From assembly GCF_006345805.1 (NCBI RefSeq), contig NW_021833930.1, forward strand, positions 1 through 64,000: DNA of 64,000 nt, read 5' to 3'. Both the position numbers and the translations under genes were made by a program. How positions within the stretch are numbered: the first letter of the stretch is position 1; every line of letters starts with the position of its first letter. Below the pieces are notes generated by a model. It worked only from the letters and a program-made list of their open reading frames with translations. It was not told where the DNA came from and did no database searches. This stretch comes from Octopus sinensis. Its lineage: Eukaryota. Of the stretch, positions 12,156-24,812 are shown piece after piece.

Positions 12156-13109
12156 CAGTGCAATGATGTGAGGAAAGAGCAGGGATGTCTAATAGACAAA
12201 GAGAGACCTGAAACTATTAATACATAGAGAGTAGTAGTTGTAGAAACAAACAATATAGGATCTTTTCCCTTTCACAATATATATAGTTACTGAGAGTTAT
12301 AATAATAACAATAGCACAAAATACTGTCATCTCCCGCCGTCTTTCTTTGTCTATCTGTCTGTCTGTCTGTTTCTCTTTCTCCCCCCCCCCTGGGCTTTAT
12401 CATAGAAAGGAAGGAAATTGCCATGTAGCAGTAGATTAGTGTGATAAAAGGGTTGGTGGAAGGAAGTTGCCGGTGTCAACGATCGTTTGATGAAGGGCAC
12501 GGTAACCCTGTACTTCGAAGGCACCGTCAATACACTCATAGACACCACATACATACAGGCAGACACACGCGCAAGCGCGCGTGCATACATTCACCGAGTT
12601 CAGCGAAAGACACGGTTAGGATTAAGGAGAAGGAGGTGGAGGAGAAAAAAAGGGACGAAGAGTAGGGTTAGGGTGACATGGTTGAATGAAAACGTGAAGA
12701 CGGAAGACGAAAAATAAGTCCCCTTGACACGTCCAGAAATCAGAAGTAGGAGAATTCGGTATCACCTTCTTGATAAATAAAAGGGAATGTCACGGATGTT
12801 CCAAAATTTATACCACAATTTTTTGGCACCCAGACAGCTGAAATTTTTCCATAAGGATACATCTTTTGTTCAAAGAGGAAGTTATAAACCATGTCACTTT
12901 TTCTAAACTTTTTATTGTTTGGGAATGTTTTTAAATCTTTTCCAACCACTAGAATAGTTCCAAATTTTCTACACTTATGGAGTTAGGCATGTTGATCACG
13001 AAATTAACGTTTATTTTCAGAAAGTTGGTAAGGAAAAGATTTCTCTGGTTGGGAAACATTTAAACAAGATTCCATGTCTAGACATAAAAGAAAAGCTTAC
13101 AAAAACTAT

Positions 13110-13328
13110 ATACATACATACATGCATGCGTGTATGCATGTATGTATGTATGCATGCATGTATGTATGTATGCATGCATACATACACGCATGCATGCATA
13201 CATACACGCATGCATGCATACATACATACACGCATACATGCATGCATACACGCATGCATGCATGCATGCATACATACATACATACATGCATACACGCATG
13301 CATACATACATACATACATGCATACACG

Positions 13329-13368
<40 letters not shown>
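13110..13368. repeat. (ATAC)/(ATGC)/(TA) microsatellite
   Basis: Direct reading. Confidence 0.95.
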
Positions 13369-13370
<2 letters not shown>

Positions 13371-13471
13371 GGAGTAAACACATAAATGTGAAACAAGGTG
13401 GAAAAAAGAGTACTCAAATACCAGTGGTAGAGTAATATGCTTAATTAAAGCAGCAGAAAATTCAACAAAAT

Positions 13472-13509
13472 CTGTTACTCTGAGTTTCTCGTTGCCGTTC
13501 ATCAGACAA
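13472..13509 (-). ncRNA. Minimal type I hammerhead ribozyme motif (canonical core) in a pLTR-like fragment (13368-13525)
   Basis: Minus strand: UUGU-CUGAUGA-A-CG(GCAA)CG-A-GAAAC-UC-A-GA-GU-A-ACAG. Stem I UUGU/ACAG; near-palindromic stem III ACUC-A-GAGU. Confidence 0.65.
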
Positions 13510-13525
13510 TTTTTGCTAAATAAAG

Positions 13526-13556
<31 letters not shown>

Positions 13557-13584
13557 TATATATATATTATATATATATATATTT

Positions 13585-13695
13585 ATTTATTTTATAGAAG
13601 GAGCTTCTACAGGACTAGAACTGTTTCATTCAAATGATGATTTCATTTGAATGAAACAGTTCTAGTCCTGTAGAAGCTCCTTCTATAAAATAAAT
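13585..13695. repeat. Perfect hairpin, 53-bp arms and 5-nt loop
   Basis: 13585-13637 is the exact reverse complement of 13643-13695; loop TGATT. Confidence 0.95.
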
Positions 13696-14105
13696 TAATT
13701 TACTCTGCTATGTATTGAGTACCTTATTTACTGTGGTTAACCCCGACTCAAGCCAGTCATATATATACATATATATATATATATGACTGGCTTCTTTCAT
13801 TTTCCGTCTACCAAATCCACTCACAAGGCTTTGGTCGGCCCGAAGGTATAATAGAAGACACTCGCCCACGGTGCCTGCCACACAGTGGGATTGAACCCGG
13901 AACCAGCCACACCTGAGCATTTTTAAGAAACATAATTTAAACCATCTTTTGAAGTGTTTAGATGCCAAAATTCTGAGCCTCCAGCCAAAATTGTCTGCAT
14001 CAGTTTTTGAAGAAATTTATCCAAAATAGAATTAATTCTTGTAGTTATATTTAGTCTAGTTATTTTATACATATGTATGTAGTATATATGTATGCGTATA
14101 TATAC

Positions 14106-14136
<31 letters not shown>

Positions 14137-14161
14137 ATATACATATATGTGTCTGAATGTA

Positions 14162-14208
<47 letters not shown>

Positions 14209-15907
14209 GTGTGTCTGAATGTATGTGTGTGTGTGTGTATATATATATATGTATGTATAAATAAGTGTGAGTGCGTGTGTGTATGGTAACAACACATTTG
14301 TTAGTACTTTCTACATCACTCCTTAATCTATGTACGCTTATACACACCACACATTCTTTTACCAGCTTCAGTCAAGATTTACAACGTTGATGGAGAACCG
14401 CCAACACACATAGTTGCTTAGACTTTTCCTCAGGTTTAGTTAATCAGCTATGAATTTCCTTTCTCTAAAAATATAATAAAATAACATTTTTTTTTTTCTT
14501 TCTACACTTGAAATAAAATTTCAGTTCTTTAATAAAGACGATTATTTGCATAAAGTGTGGTAATTTTATTTGAATAGTAAAAATAAATTTAAGCATTTGA
14601 CAGTTCAACGAGGAAATTATGTAACGCGAGAATGCATGAAGATAGGTTCATGTGTAGAATTGTGAATACATAAAAGCGAGGTACATAGCAGTGATGGCTT
14701 CGTTAGCATTACCATTATCTAACTGAAAGAAGCCCGTCGTGTGTGTGTATGAGTGTACAGGATCTTTTCACCTTGACCGGCCCAAATGAGACATTAGTGT
14801 GTGGGGGGGGGAAATTGACTTGGAATCCAAAAAAATCATCCAGATATTTAATTAGCAACCTCAATTACAATCGGTTCAAAGTTGAAGAAAAGTCTTTTGA
14901 AAAACGAGAGCCTACCACACTCAATTTCAACAACTATGCTGACCAACTTTAACCCCTAAATATAATGTAGTTGACACAAAGCGATGATACAATACTAGCA
15001 ATAAAATGAGAACTGAGCAACGAATAGTTACTCATTTTGCCCCCCCCCACACATATATATATATATATATTATATAGGGGCAAAATGAGTAACACATATA
15101 TATTGTGGGGGGCAAGGTCTCGAAAGGTGAAAACTTGAATATGATGATGATGAAGATAGATAAAGACGTGTAAAAGATGGCAAACAATAAAAATAAGGTT
15201 GACGAAAATTTGCGGGTACGGAATTCGCTTAGTGGGTGCAAACCCAAGTTTTCCAGAATGTTGAAAACATTGCTCCCGCAAAAATTTTGAGTGTGAAGGA
15301 GCGCTTGCACCCTCTGCAAACCCTGTATTCTGAGCCCATAAATGCAGAGGAAAAAAACAGGTCAAGCGAAAAGATTAAAACGTGAAGATCGTGTCGTATG
15401 ATAACAGAGATGCATAATAATATCAGAGACAGATGGAGATGGAGAAAGGGGGACACGCGTAAAGAGATGCGAGGAGGGCGGATGCTGTGAATGTTTGGGT
15501 GTGTATTTACGCGTGGGCGAAGTTTGAAGTTCGCAGGTTCTAAGAGACAAGCGAGGCTAGTATTTACAAGAGCGAATGTACGGCAGTTGGGGTGAAGCGG
15601 GATGAAGGGCGGGAGACAGAGGGTACTTGTGTCAATGAGGCAGAGAAAGTTCATGTGAGTGTTGGGATTACGAAGAAATAATATTAATGTAATGGATATA
15701 TTAAAATCAGGTTAAACCATCCCATTTGTGATGAAAGCATTACTCCTGTATTGCGTGCGTGAGTGACTGTGAGTGAGTGCGAGCACGCAGAGGTTTTGTC
15801 AATCATCTGTATACGAAGAACATTGATCTACAAAAACAAAAAAAGCTTTTATCTTCGATCTACTCAGGGATGACAGACCGAGGGCTAAACGAAGCGACAA
15901 TAATGTG

Positions 15908-16145
15908 GGATCTTTTCCTTTTGAACGGCAGTTTTCAACACAATTTCTAGTTAACTAAACACTTTTAAACTTCGTATACTGGCGCAGGGGAGGCTGTATG
16001 GTAAGTAGCTTGTTTACCAACCACATGGTTCCGGGTTCAGTCCCACAGCGTGGCACCTTGGGCAAGTGTCTTCTACTATAGCCTCGGGCCGACCAAAGCC
16101 TTGTGAGTGGATTTGGTAGACGGAAACTGAAAGAAGCCAGTCGTA

Positions 16146-16185
<40 letters not shown>

Positions 16186-16510
16186 TATGTATGTGTGTGT
16201 GTGTCTGTGTTTGTCCACTCCCAAAATCGCTTGACAACCGATGCTGGTGTGTTTATGTCCCCGTTACTTAGCGGTTTGGCAAAGAGACCGATAGAATAAG
16301 TACTGGGCTTACAAAAGAATAAGACCCGGGGTCGAATTGCTCGATTAAAAGGCGGTGCTCCAGCATGGCCGCAGTCAAATGACTGAAACAAGTAAAAGAG
16401 AGAAAAGAGGGAAAGAGAGTAGAATGTGTTTATAAAACATCTTTTTCTCTTGGCTTTATTGAGAAAATTCTATAGTTTGTAACATATTTCAACTTTAATT
16501 TCAAGCATTC
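15908..16510. mobile_element. Copy of the GGATCTTTTC MITE interrupted by a family B SINE
   Basis: 15908-15980 and about 16419-16500 together match the reverse complement of about 2090-2252. Confidence 0.8.
15981..16418 (+). mobile_element. Full-length SINE family B
   Basis: GGCGCAGG..TGGTAAGTAGC head, GTGGCACCTTGGGCAAGTGTC core, internal (TA)/(TG) microsatellite, (AAAAGAG)n tail. Confidence 0.9.
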
Positions 16511-17419
16511 AAAAGGAAAAAATCCAAAATGTGTAGGGATTAACTACATATCTAAGACAGAAAGTTATGATAAAAAATACCCCTTCACTTCCTCACAAAC
16601 TACGAGGTGGGGGGGCCTAATCCGAAACTGCCAAAATAAACTACTTAAGATCTTAATAGTTTCAGCGTTCAAGATAACTCGGAATGCAATTATTGTTAAG
16701 GTTAGGTGTAACTTTCTAATAATCACCTATAATTAGACAGGGCGTGGAAAAGTAAACAGAATCGTTCAAGTACTGGATTTTTGTTGTTTTTATCTCCTAT
16801 TGTTTCCTACTTTCGGAGATATAAACCTCGTGGTTTTAATTATTTCGTTTACCTTTCCACGGTGAACTTTGAAATCTGTTTTAAAAAAAAAAGACGCTTG
16901 TGTGTCTATGATTAAAAAAAATCAGCCGAGTATTTGACAGATAAGAAGAGAAAGAACCAGTCAAGTATTGTAGTCGATGCAATCGTCTAACCCCCGAACT
17001 TCATAGACTATCGACCTCTACATGGAATCCTTGACCCCTCATCGACCCCCACCCAAGCATGTACAAGAAAATAGATAAATAATAATGATAAATAGATGTG
17101 CATTTATCAACCACTTGAGCGGTCCCATCGACCACTTTGGAGACTCCTGGTCTAACATTTTCTCCTCTAAATACTGGACTTGTGCCAAAATTTGAAACCA
17201 TTAGAGTTGTTAGCATGCCAGACGAAATGCCTTTCATCCTTTAGGGTCGACTTTGCCTTTCATCCTTTAGGGTCGACTTTGCCTTTCACCCTTCGGAGTC
17301 GATAAAATAAGTACCAGTCGAGTAATGGGGTCAATGTAATCAATTTACCCACTTCTCACAAATTGCTGGCCTTGTGCCAAAATTTCAAGTCAGTATTTAC
17401 AGTTTCATCTCCTTAATAT

Positions 17420-17483
17420 TTGGGGTCGAGTCGACTATCCCGCTCCCCCACAAATTTTAGACCTTGTACCTATAGTGAAAAGG

Positions 17484-17514
<31 letters not shown>

Positions 17515-17996
17515 AGTGAGAGAACAGTGTATGCTATCAAAGTGACACTGAGGTACAAATATACAAAGCCCAGTATACCCATCATGACTACCTGTCTGAA
17601 AAGGGTACACCAGTCACATGAATCACAACCATATGTGCGTGACACGATGATCTTATATCAAGATAAACAGCACATGACCTTGCAGGTGGGGCCCAGTTAG
17701 AATTTTCTTCAGGTCGAGGAGCTCATCCCACTCAAAAGGCCCCTGAATAAGGGTCATTTAAGGATGTTGAATGAAACCCCGATGTTTCCAGGGGTGAATC
17801 ATTCAAACCCCAAAGAATCCTTCTCAACACAAGACTGATGATCTCCTGCTACTTCTGCTTGTGATCAGTCACCAAAGGACATGCTCAACAGGTTATGGTC
17901 AAACAACTGAAAGCAAATCTGTAGTATTGAACCGAATATTTGCCATAGCCCATCTTTTATATCAAGACAAAACATGTACATAATAACACTTCCAAT
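17420..17996 (+). mobile_element. SINE D tail + repeat E
   Basis: ..CCTTGTACCTATAGTGAAAAGG(ATT)n-AGTGAGAGAACAGTG.. homologous to 22403-22944. Confidence 0.8.
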
Positions 17997-18182
17997 AACA
18001 GAGTTCTATATTTAAGAGATGAGGAATTAAGTACATTATTTACATTTGATGGATATTTGTCCTCATCTTGTTTGTTGTTAACACAATGTTTCTGCTGATA
18101 TACCCTCCAGCCTTCATCAGGTGTCTCGAGGAAATTTTGAACCTGGGTTCTCATTCCTAAGGTATTTTTCAAGGTTATTATT
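17997..18182 (-). mobile_element. 3' part of the hammerhead-tailed element (same family as 57839-58421)
   Basis: Reverse complement matches about 58229-58418. Confidence 0.85.
18080..18126 (-). ncRNA. Minimal type I hammerhead motif
   Basis: AGACAC-CUGAUGA-A-GGCUG(GAGGGUAUAU)CAGCA-GAAAC-AU-U-GUGUU; core intact, stem II closure and stem III mutated. Confidence 0.6.
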
Positions 18183-18199
18183 AATCACAAAGTGTGTCA

Positions 18200-18350
18200 G
18201 AATAAACATTGCCAAACAGCCAATAGAGACTCGGACATTGCTTAGAAAATATTTTTCATTTTTAACCTCGTATATAGTACGCAGTAGGGATTTTGACCTT
18301 TAAATTTTGGGGAAAAAATGCGGATTATACTCGAGGATTTACAGTATCCA
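18200..18350. mobile_element. Right end of the pogo/Tc2-type MITE
   Basis: Ends GCGGATTATACTCGAGGATTTACAG-TA, matching the TIR of 38639-39158. Confidence 0.75.
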
Positions 18351-18489
18351 TTATAGTCACCATCAACAACCAGATGACGGAGTATCTTGTAATTGATTAA
18401 CCCTACTTCTACTGTAGGAATAAGAATTGGTAAGTCTTTACTAGTTGGATTAGTGTAAAAGAGGCACATAAAAAATAAGAGTGACTCCC

Positions 18490-19320
18490 AGCTTCTGATC
18501 TTAACTGATTGGAAGTGTTGTCATGTATATGATTCATCTTGGTTAAAAAGAAGGGCTACAGCAAATATTCTGCTCAATACCACAGATTTTCCTTATCAGC
18601 TGCTTAACCTTGACAATATGTGAATCTCTGATCACACAGAGTAGTCGGGGAGCATTAGGGTTTATGTGTTGTGAGGAATTCTTTGGGGTTTGAATAAATT
18701 CACCGCTGAAAACATAGGTGTTTCATTCATAATGTTTAAATAAACCTTATTCAAAGACCTTTTGAGCTGGGTGGGTTACTTGACCTGAAGAATATTCTAA
18801 CTAGGCCTCACCTGCAAGTTCATGCAATGTTTATCTTGATGAGGTCACTCTATCATGCACATGTGATTGTGAAGCATGTACCTGGTGTACTCTTATCTGA
18901 TGGTTAGTCATGATGAGTATATTGGGCTTTATATATTTGTACACCAATGTCACTTTGATGGCATGCCTTTGCTCTCTCACTCAATAACAATTTCGCCCAA
19001 TTTTGACGTCAATGTTACTTAGTTTGGTTTGAAATAAAGAACTTGATTAGCTTAATAATCCTAACTTAATCCCAGGCAAAGCCAGGTTATACTGCTAGTC
19101 CTTTCTATTATTGGCACAAGGCCTGAAATTTGTGGAAAGGGGTAAGTCAACTACATCAACATCAGTACTCAACTGGCACTTACTTTATCGACCCAGAAGG
19201 GATGAAAGGCAATGCTGACCTCGGTGGAATTTGAACTCAGAATGTAAAGATGGGCGAAATGCCGCTAAGCATTTTGCCCGGTATGCTAATGAGTCTGCCA
19301 GATCACCACCTTAATAATAA
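18490..19320 (-). mobile_element. SINE D + repeat E composite with a Helitron-like 3' fragment in the linker
   Basis: E at 18490-18985; linker contains about 100 bp ending GCAAAGCCAGGTTATACTGCTAG|T; SINE D at about 19100-19320. Confidence 0.7.
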
Positions 19321-19529
19321 TAACAACAACACTTTCTATAATAGGCACAAGGCCTGAAATTTGGTGGGAGGGGACTAGTCAATTAGATCGACCCCAGTAT
19401 TTCACTGGTACTTAATTTATTGACCTCGGAAGGATGAAAGTCGACCATGGCAGAATTTGAACTCAGAATGTAAGCATTTCGGCCAGCATGCTAACAACTG
19501 TGCCAGCTCACCACCTTGTAATAATGATA

Positions 19530-19564
<35 letters not shown>

Positions 19565-19654
19565 AAGTTTCTTTTATTTGTCACAGGAGCATCAGGTTAG
19601 GGGAAAGAAAGAGAGAGGAGGGTTGAATGATGATAAAGGTATACATAAGAGCAG

Positions 19655-20045
19655 GTGTGGCCATGTGGTAGGAAGTTTGCTTCTCAACCCACATGGCTCC
19701 GGGTTCAATCCAACTTTGTGGCACCTTGGGCATTTCCAACAATATATAACCTGAGGCTAACCAATGCCTTGTGAGTGGACCTGGTAGACAGAAACTGAAT
19801 GAAGCCCATCATGTGTGTGTGTCTTTTTGTTTGAATTTGTTTCTCACTACCAGTTGACAACCCATGCTGGTGTGTTTATGTCCTCATAATATAGCGGTTC
19901 AGCAAAAAGAGACTGATGGAATGAGTACCAGGCTAAAAAAAAATAAATAAGTACTGGGGTCGATTCATTTGACTAAAACCTCTTCAAAGCAGTACCCCAG
20001 CATGGCCACAGACTAATGACTGAAACAAGTAAAAGATAAAAGATA
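19655..20045 (+). mobile_element. Diverged SINE family B
   Basis: Head, core and AAACAAGTAAAAGATAAAAG tail are recognisable. Confidence 0.8.
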
Positions 20046-20404
20046 AAATATAGTATACAAATTATGTGAAAGCATCTATGACACAGTTGTCCTGTTGCAG
20101 AAGAACCCCTAACAAGGGTCAGTCAAGGAACCCCACAGATCCAGGATCATCCTGATCCCCAAATGCACAAGCCCTCACCCAACTGTTGCTCTTCAATCTA
20201 CAAGTGCATGCTTAGAGTAGATCCATTCGCCCTAACTACTTGTGTCATAGTCACCCACCTTTTTATAAATTCACTAAGAGAGAGAGAGAGAACTTACCTC
20301 CCCACCTTCTCTTTCTTTCCAAAGTGGAACAAAAAAAGTTGATGAGGGCTTGATGACCAAAGGTGAATATGTGTTTCCAATGATGATAAATATTTCTTAT
20401 TTTA

Positions 20405-21060
20405 TGCACGAAGCCCCCAACAGCAAGGTCATGCTCTGTTTATCTTCACTTGAGATCATATCATGCACATATGATTGTGATGCATAAGCCTGTTGTACCC
20501 TTATCAGATGGTTAGTCATGACGGGTATATAGGACTTTGTATATTTGTACCCCAGTGTCACTTTGATTGCATGCGCTGCTCTCTCAATAATAGTTATAAT
20601 AATTATAATAATAATCCTCTCTGCTAAAGGCACAAGGCCTAAAATTTGGTGGGAGGGGTCCTAATTGATCATATCAACCCCAGTACTCAACTGGTACTTA
20701 ATTTATTGAAGGCGGCAAGCTAGCAGAATCATTAAGACGCCGGGCGGAATGCTTAGCGGTATTTCGTCTGTCTTTATGTTCTGAGTTCAAATTCCGCCGC
20801 GGTCAACTTTGCCTTTCATTCTTTCGAAGTCGATTAAATAAGTACCAGTTACGCACTGGGATTGATATAATCGACTTAATCCATTTGTCTGTCCTTGTTT
20901 GTCCTCTCTGTGTTTAAGCCCCTTGTGGGTAGTAAAGAAATGGGTACTTAATTTATTGACCCCAAAAGGATAGAAGGCAAAGTTAACCTTGGCACAATTT
21001 GAAATCAGAACGTAGCGGATGACAAAATACTGCTAAGCATTTCACCCGGTGTGCTAACAG
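20405..21060 (-). mobile_element. SINE D + partial E with a + strand family A SINE inserted (20710-20942)
   Basis: The inner SINE is flanked by a duplicated GGTACTTAATTTATTGA. Confidence 0.8.
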
Positions 21061-21359
21061 TTCTTATTTCTCTACTGCCCACAAGGGGCTAAACACAGAG
21101 GGGACGAACGACAGACAAACATATATATCTTAGTGTGTTTGTGTCAGTGTTTGTCCCCCACCCACCATTGTTTGACAACTGATGTTGGTGCCTTTACATC
21201 CCCATAACTTAGCAGTTTGGCAAAAGAGACCAACAGAATAAGTACCAGACTTACAAAGATTAAGTCCAGGGGTCAATTTCTTTGACTAAAAGGTGGTGCT
21301 CCAGCATGGCCACAGTCAAATGACTGAAACAAGTAAAAGAATAAAAGACTATGTGCATG

Positions 21360-21461
21360 TGCGTATATATATACATATATATATATATATATGTATGTAT
21401 GTATATATGTGTATATGTATATAAATGTGTGTGTGTGTGTGTATATATATGTATAAATGTG

Positions 21462-21541
<80 letters not shown>

Positions 21542-21694
21542 CATATATGTGTGTGTGTGTGTGTATATACATATATGTGTGTGTGTGTATATATATATAT
21601 AATATATATATATGTGTGTGTATATATATATATGTGTGTGTGTGTGTATATATATATGTGTGTGTGTGTGTATATATATATGTGTGTGTGTGTG

Positions 21695-21735
<41 letters not shown>

Positions 21736-21837
21736 GTGTGTGTGTGTGTATATATATATATGTGTGTGTGTGTGTATATATATATGTGTGTGTGTGTATA
21801 TATTTATGTGTGTGTGTGTGTATATATATATATATAG
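21360..21837. repeat. (TG)n/(TA)n compound microsatellite
   Basis: Direct reading. Confidence 0.95.
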
Positions 21838-22144
21838 CTACTAGAATACTAGAATAGCAGATAGCAGGTGAAGACTAGACTAAATCTTGATATCTCTACA
21901 TGTCAAAGATGTTTGAAGAAAGTCTTAAATTCTAGCCCTGACTGTTTACCCTAAAGGAACATCTGTGCTTATAACACTAAACAAAACCACATGGTCACAA
22001 AGCCATACATGCACCTAGATAGGTGTCAGAAAGTGAAGAAACTATTGAGAGATGTGAAAATGAAGGAAGAGTAGCTAGTAGGAAAGAGGGAAGATAAACT
22101 CTATGAGAAAGGAAAAATTTCATGGCATTATATTTCAAGGGCAC

Positions 22145-22944
22145 CAAGGCAGCGAATTGACAGAGTCATCACCACATCAGGCAAAATGCTTAGTGGCATT
22201 TTGTCTGTGCTTACATTCTGAGTTCAAATTCCGCCAAGGTCGACTTTGTCTTTCGTCCTTTCAGGGTCAATAAAATAAGTACCAGGTGAGTAATGTGGTC
22301 TATGTAATCAACTATCCGCCTCCCAAAATGTTCAGGCCTTGTACCTATAGTAGAAAGGATTATTATTATTAGTAATATTATTATTATTATTATTATTATT
22401 ATTGAGTGAGAGAGCAGTGCATGCCATCAAAATATACGAAGCCCAGTATACCCATCATGACTACCTGTCTGATAAGGGTACACCAGGCACAAGCATCACA
22501 ACTATATGTGCGCGACATGGTGATCTCATATCAAGACAAACAACACATGACCTTGCAGGTGGGGCCCAGTTAGAATTTTCTTCTGGTCGAGTAGCCCATC
22601 CTGCTCAAAAGGTCTCTGAATAAGGGTTGTTTAAGGATGTTGAACGAAACATCCATGTTTCCAGAGGTGAATTATTCAAACTCCAAAGAATCCCTCTCAA
22701 CACATGGCTATGATGCTACCCCGCTACTCCTGCTCGTGATCAGAGATGCACATATCATCAGCCACTAAGGGACATGCTCAACTGGTTACGGTCAAACAAC
22801 TGACAAGCAAATCTGTGGTATTGAGTAGAATATTTGCTGTAGCCCATCTTTTATACCAAGACAAAACAACGTACATGATAACACTTCCAATCAGTTAAGA
22901 TCAGAAGCCATGAGAGCCACTGCCTGGTACTGCATCAGGGCATT
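22145..22944 (+). mobile_element. Complete SINE D + (ATT)n + repeat E composite
   Basis: tRNA head at about 22145, B-box GAGTTCAAATTCC, D tail, (ATT)n, then E 22403-22944 ending in stem-loop TGCCTGGT-ACTGC-ATCAGGGCA + (ATT)n. Confidence 0.8.
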
Positions 22945-23340
22945 TATTTATTTATTATATTATTATTATTATTATATTATTATTACAATCGATGCAGTGA
23001 GCTGGAAGAATCACTAGCATACTGGGCAAAATGCTTAACTGCTTTTCATCCTTCTTTACATTCCAAGTTCAAATTCTGCTGAGGTCGACTTTGCCTTTCA
23101 TCCTTTCAGGGTCGATGAAATAAATACTAGTTGAGCACTGGGGTCGATGTAATTAACCATCCCTGTACCCCAATTTTTCATGCCTTGTAGAAACAGTCTT
23201 AGGGCATCCTGAGGAACAATCTAGATAGATACATAGAGCTTTTGCCGAACTGCTAAGTTACAGGGACATAAACACACCAACATCAGTTGTTAAGCGATTG
23301 TGGTTGGACAAACGCAGACACATAAACATCTACATATATT

Positions 23341-23930
23341 TGTGCTGGTAGCACGTAAAAAGCACCATTTGAGCATGATTGTTACCAGCGTCCCCTTACT
23401 GGCACGTGAAAAACATTCAAGTGAGGTCATTGCCAGTGCCGCTGGACTGGATCCTGTGCAGGTGGCACATAAAAAACACCACCTAAGTGTGGCCGTTGCC
23501 AGTACCACCTGACTGGTCCTTGTGCCGGTAGCACATAAAAGCACCCACTACACTCTCCCTGTGGTTGACGTTAGGAAGGGCATCCAGCTGTAAAAACTGT
23601 CACATCAGATTCGAGCCTGGTGCAGCCATCTGGTTCGCCAGTCCTCAGTCAAATCGTCCAACCCATGCTAGCATGGAAAGCGGACGTTAAATGATGAGGA
23701 GGTATGAGGTATATATACATACAAACATATATACACCATACTGTCTGAGGGTGTATATTCATGTGACCAGGGACCACATGTGAACTTGTTCTCTGACTGA
23801 AATGACAGAACATGAACTCTTCATCCCAGCATTGGAGTCTGGTGCAGCCATCTGGTTCGCCAGTCCTCAGTCAAATCGTCCAACCCATGCTAGCATGGAA
23901 AGCGGACGTTAAACGATGATGATGATGATG
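23341..23930 (+). mobile_element. SINE/LINE-tail family F with (GAT)n tail, 3' end duplicated
   Basis: GGTGGCACGTAAAAAGCACC-type subrepeats, GGAAGGGCATCCAGCTGTA, CCAACCCATGCTAGCATGGAAAGCGGACGTTAAA(TGA)n. Other copies at about 34371-34885(-), 47527-47804, 48840-49170, 53238-53553, 54975-55175(-) and 59715-59949. Confidence 0.8.
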
Positions 23931-24410
23931 AGTAGCTCAGTGTAACTTAGTGGTTTGGCAAAAGAAATCAATTGAATAAAAGGTTTAAGAAATAAATACT
24001 AAGGTTAATTTCTATGAATGTATAACTGTTATGTTTCCAGTCATTTCATTTTCCTGCCCCAGTTTTTTTATTCTCTGGGTACTGAGTGGGCTACAGTTAG
24101 TGGGTCTCTTTCAACTGGTGATATGCCCTCCCTATATACATTTTCTAGTTGCTTGTATCCTTATGGATTGTTCTTGGGTTACCATTATAGTGCCTTCTGT
24201 GATATTTTTTTGCATCTACTTTTCCTTCTTGGTGCTTCTGTACATGGTGTTCCTGAATATAATCCTTTCTGCTATAGGCACAAGGCCTGAAACTTTGGGG
24301 GGAGGGGACAGTCGAATACATCGACCCCAGCACTCGACAGGTACTTATTTTATCAACTCTGAAAGAACAAAAGGCAAAGTCAACCTTGGCAGAATTTAAG
24401 CTCAGAATAT

Positions 24411-24604
24411 ACTCTTTTACTTGTTTCAGTCATTTGACTGCGGCCATGCTGGAGCACCGCCTTTAATCGAGCAACTCGACCCCGGGACTTATTCTTTGTA
24501 AGCCCAGTACTTATTCTATCGGTCTCTTTTGCCGAACCACTAAGTTACAGGGATGTAAACACACCAGCATCAGTTGTCAAGCAATACTAGGGGGACAATC
24601 ACAG

Positions 24605-24639
<35 letters not shown>

Positions 24640-24812
24640 CACATATATACGACAGGCTTCTTTCAGTTTCCGTCTGCCAAATCCACTCACAAGGCATTGG
24701 TCGGCCCGAGGCTATAGCAGAAGACACTTGCCCAAGATGCCACGCAGTGGGACTGAACCCGGGACCATGTGGTTGGTTAGCAAGCTACTTACCACACAGC
24801 CACTCCTGCGCC
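24411..24812 (-). mobile_element. Full-length SINE family B
   Basis: Complete head-to-tail match to other copies (36612-37036, 43520-44155, 60026-60444). Confidence 0.9.
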
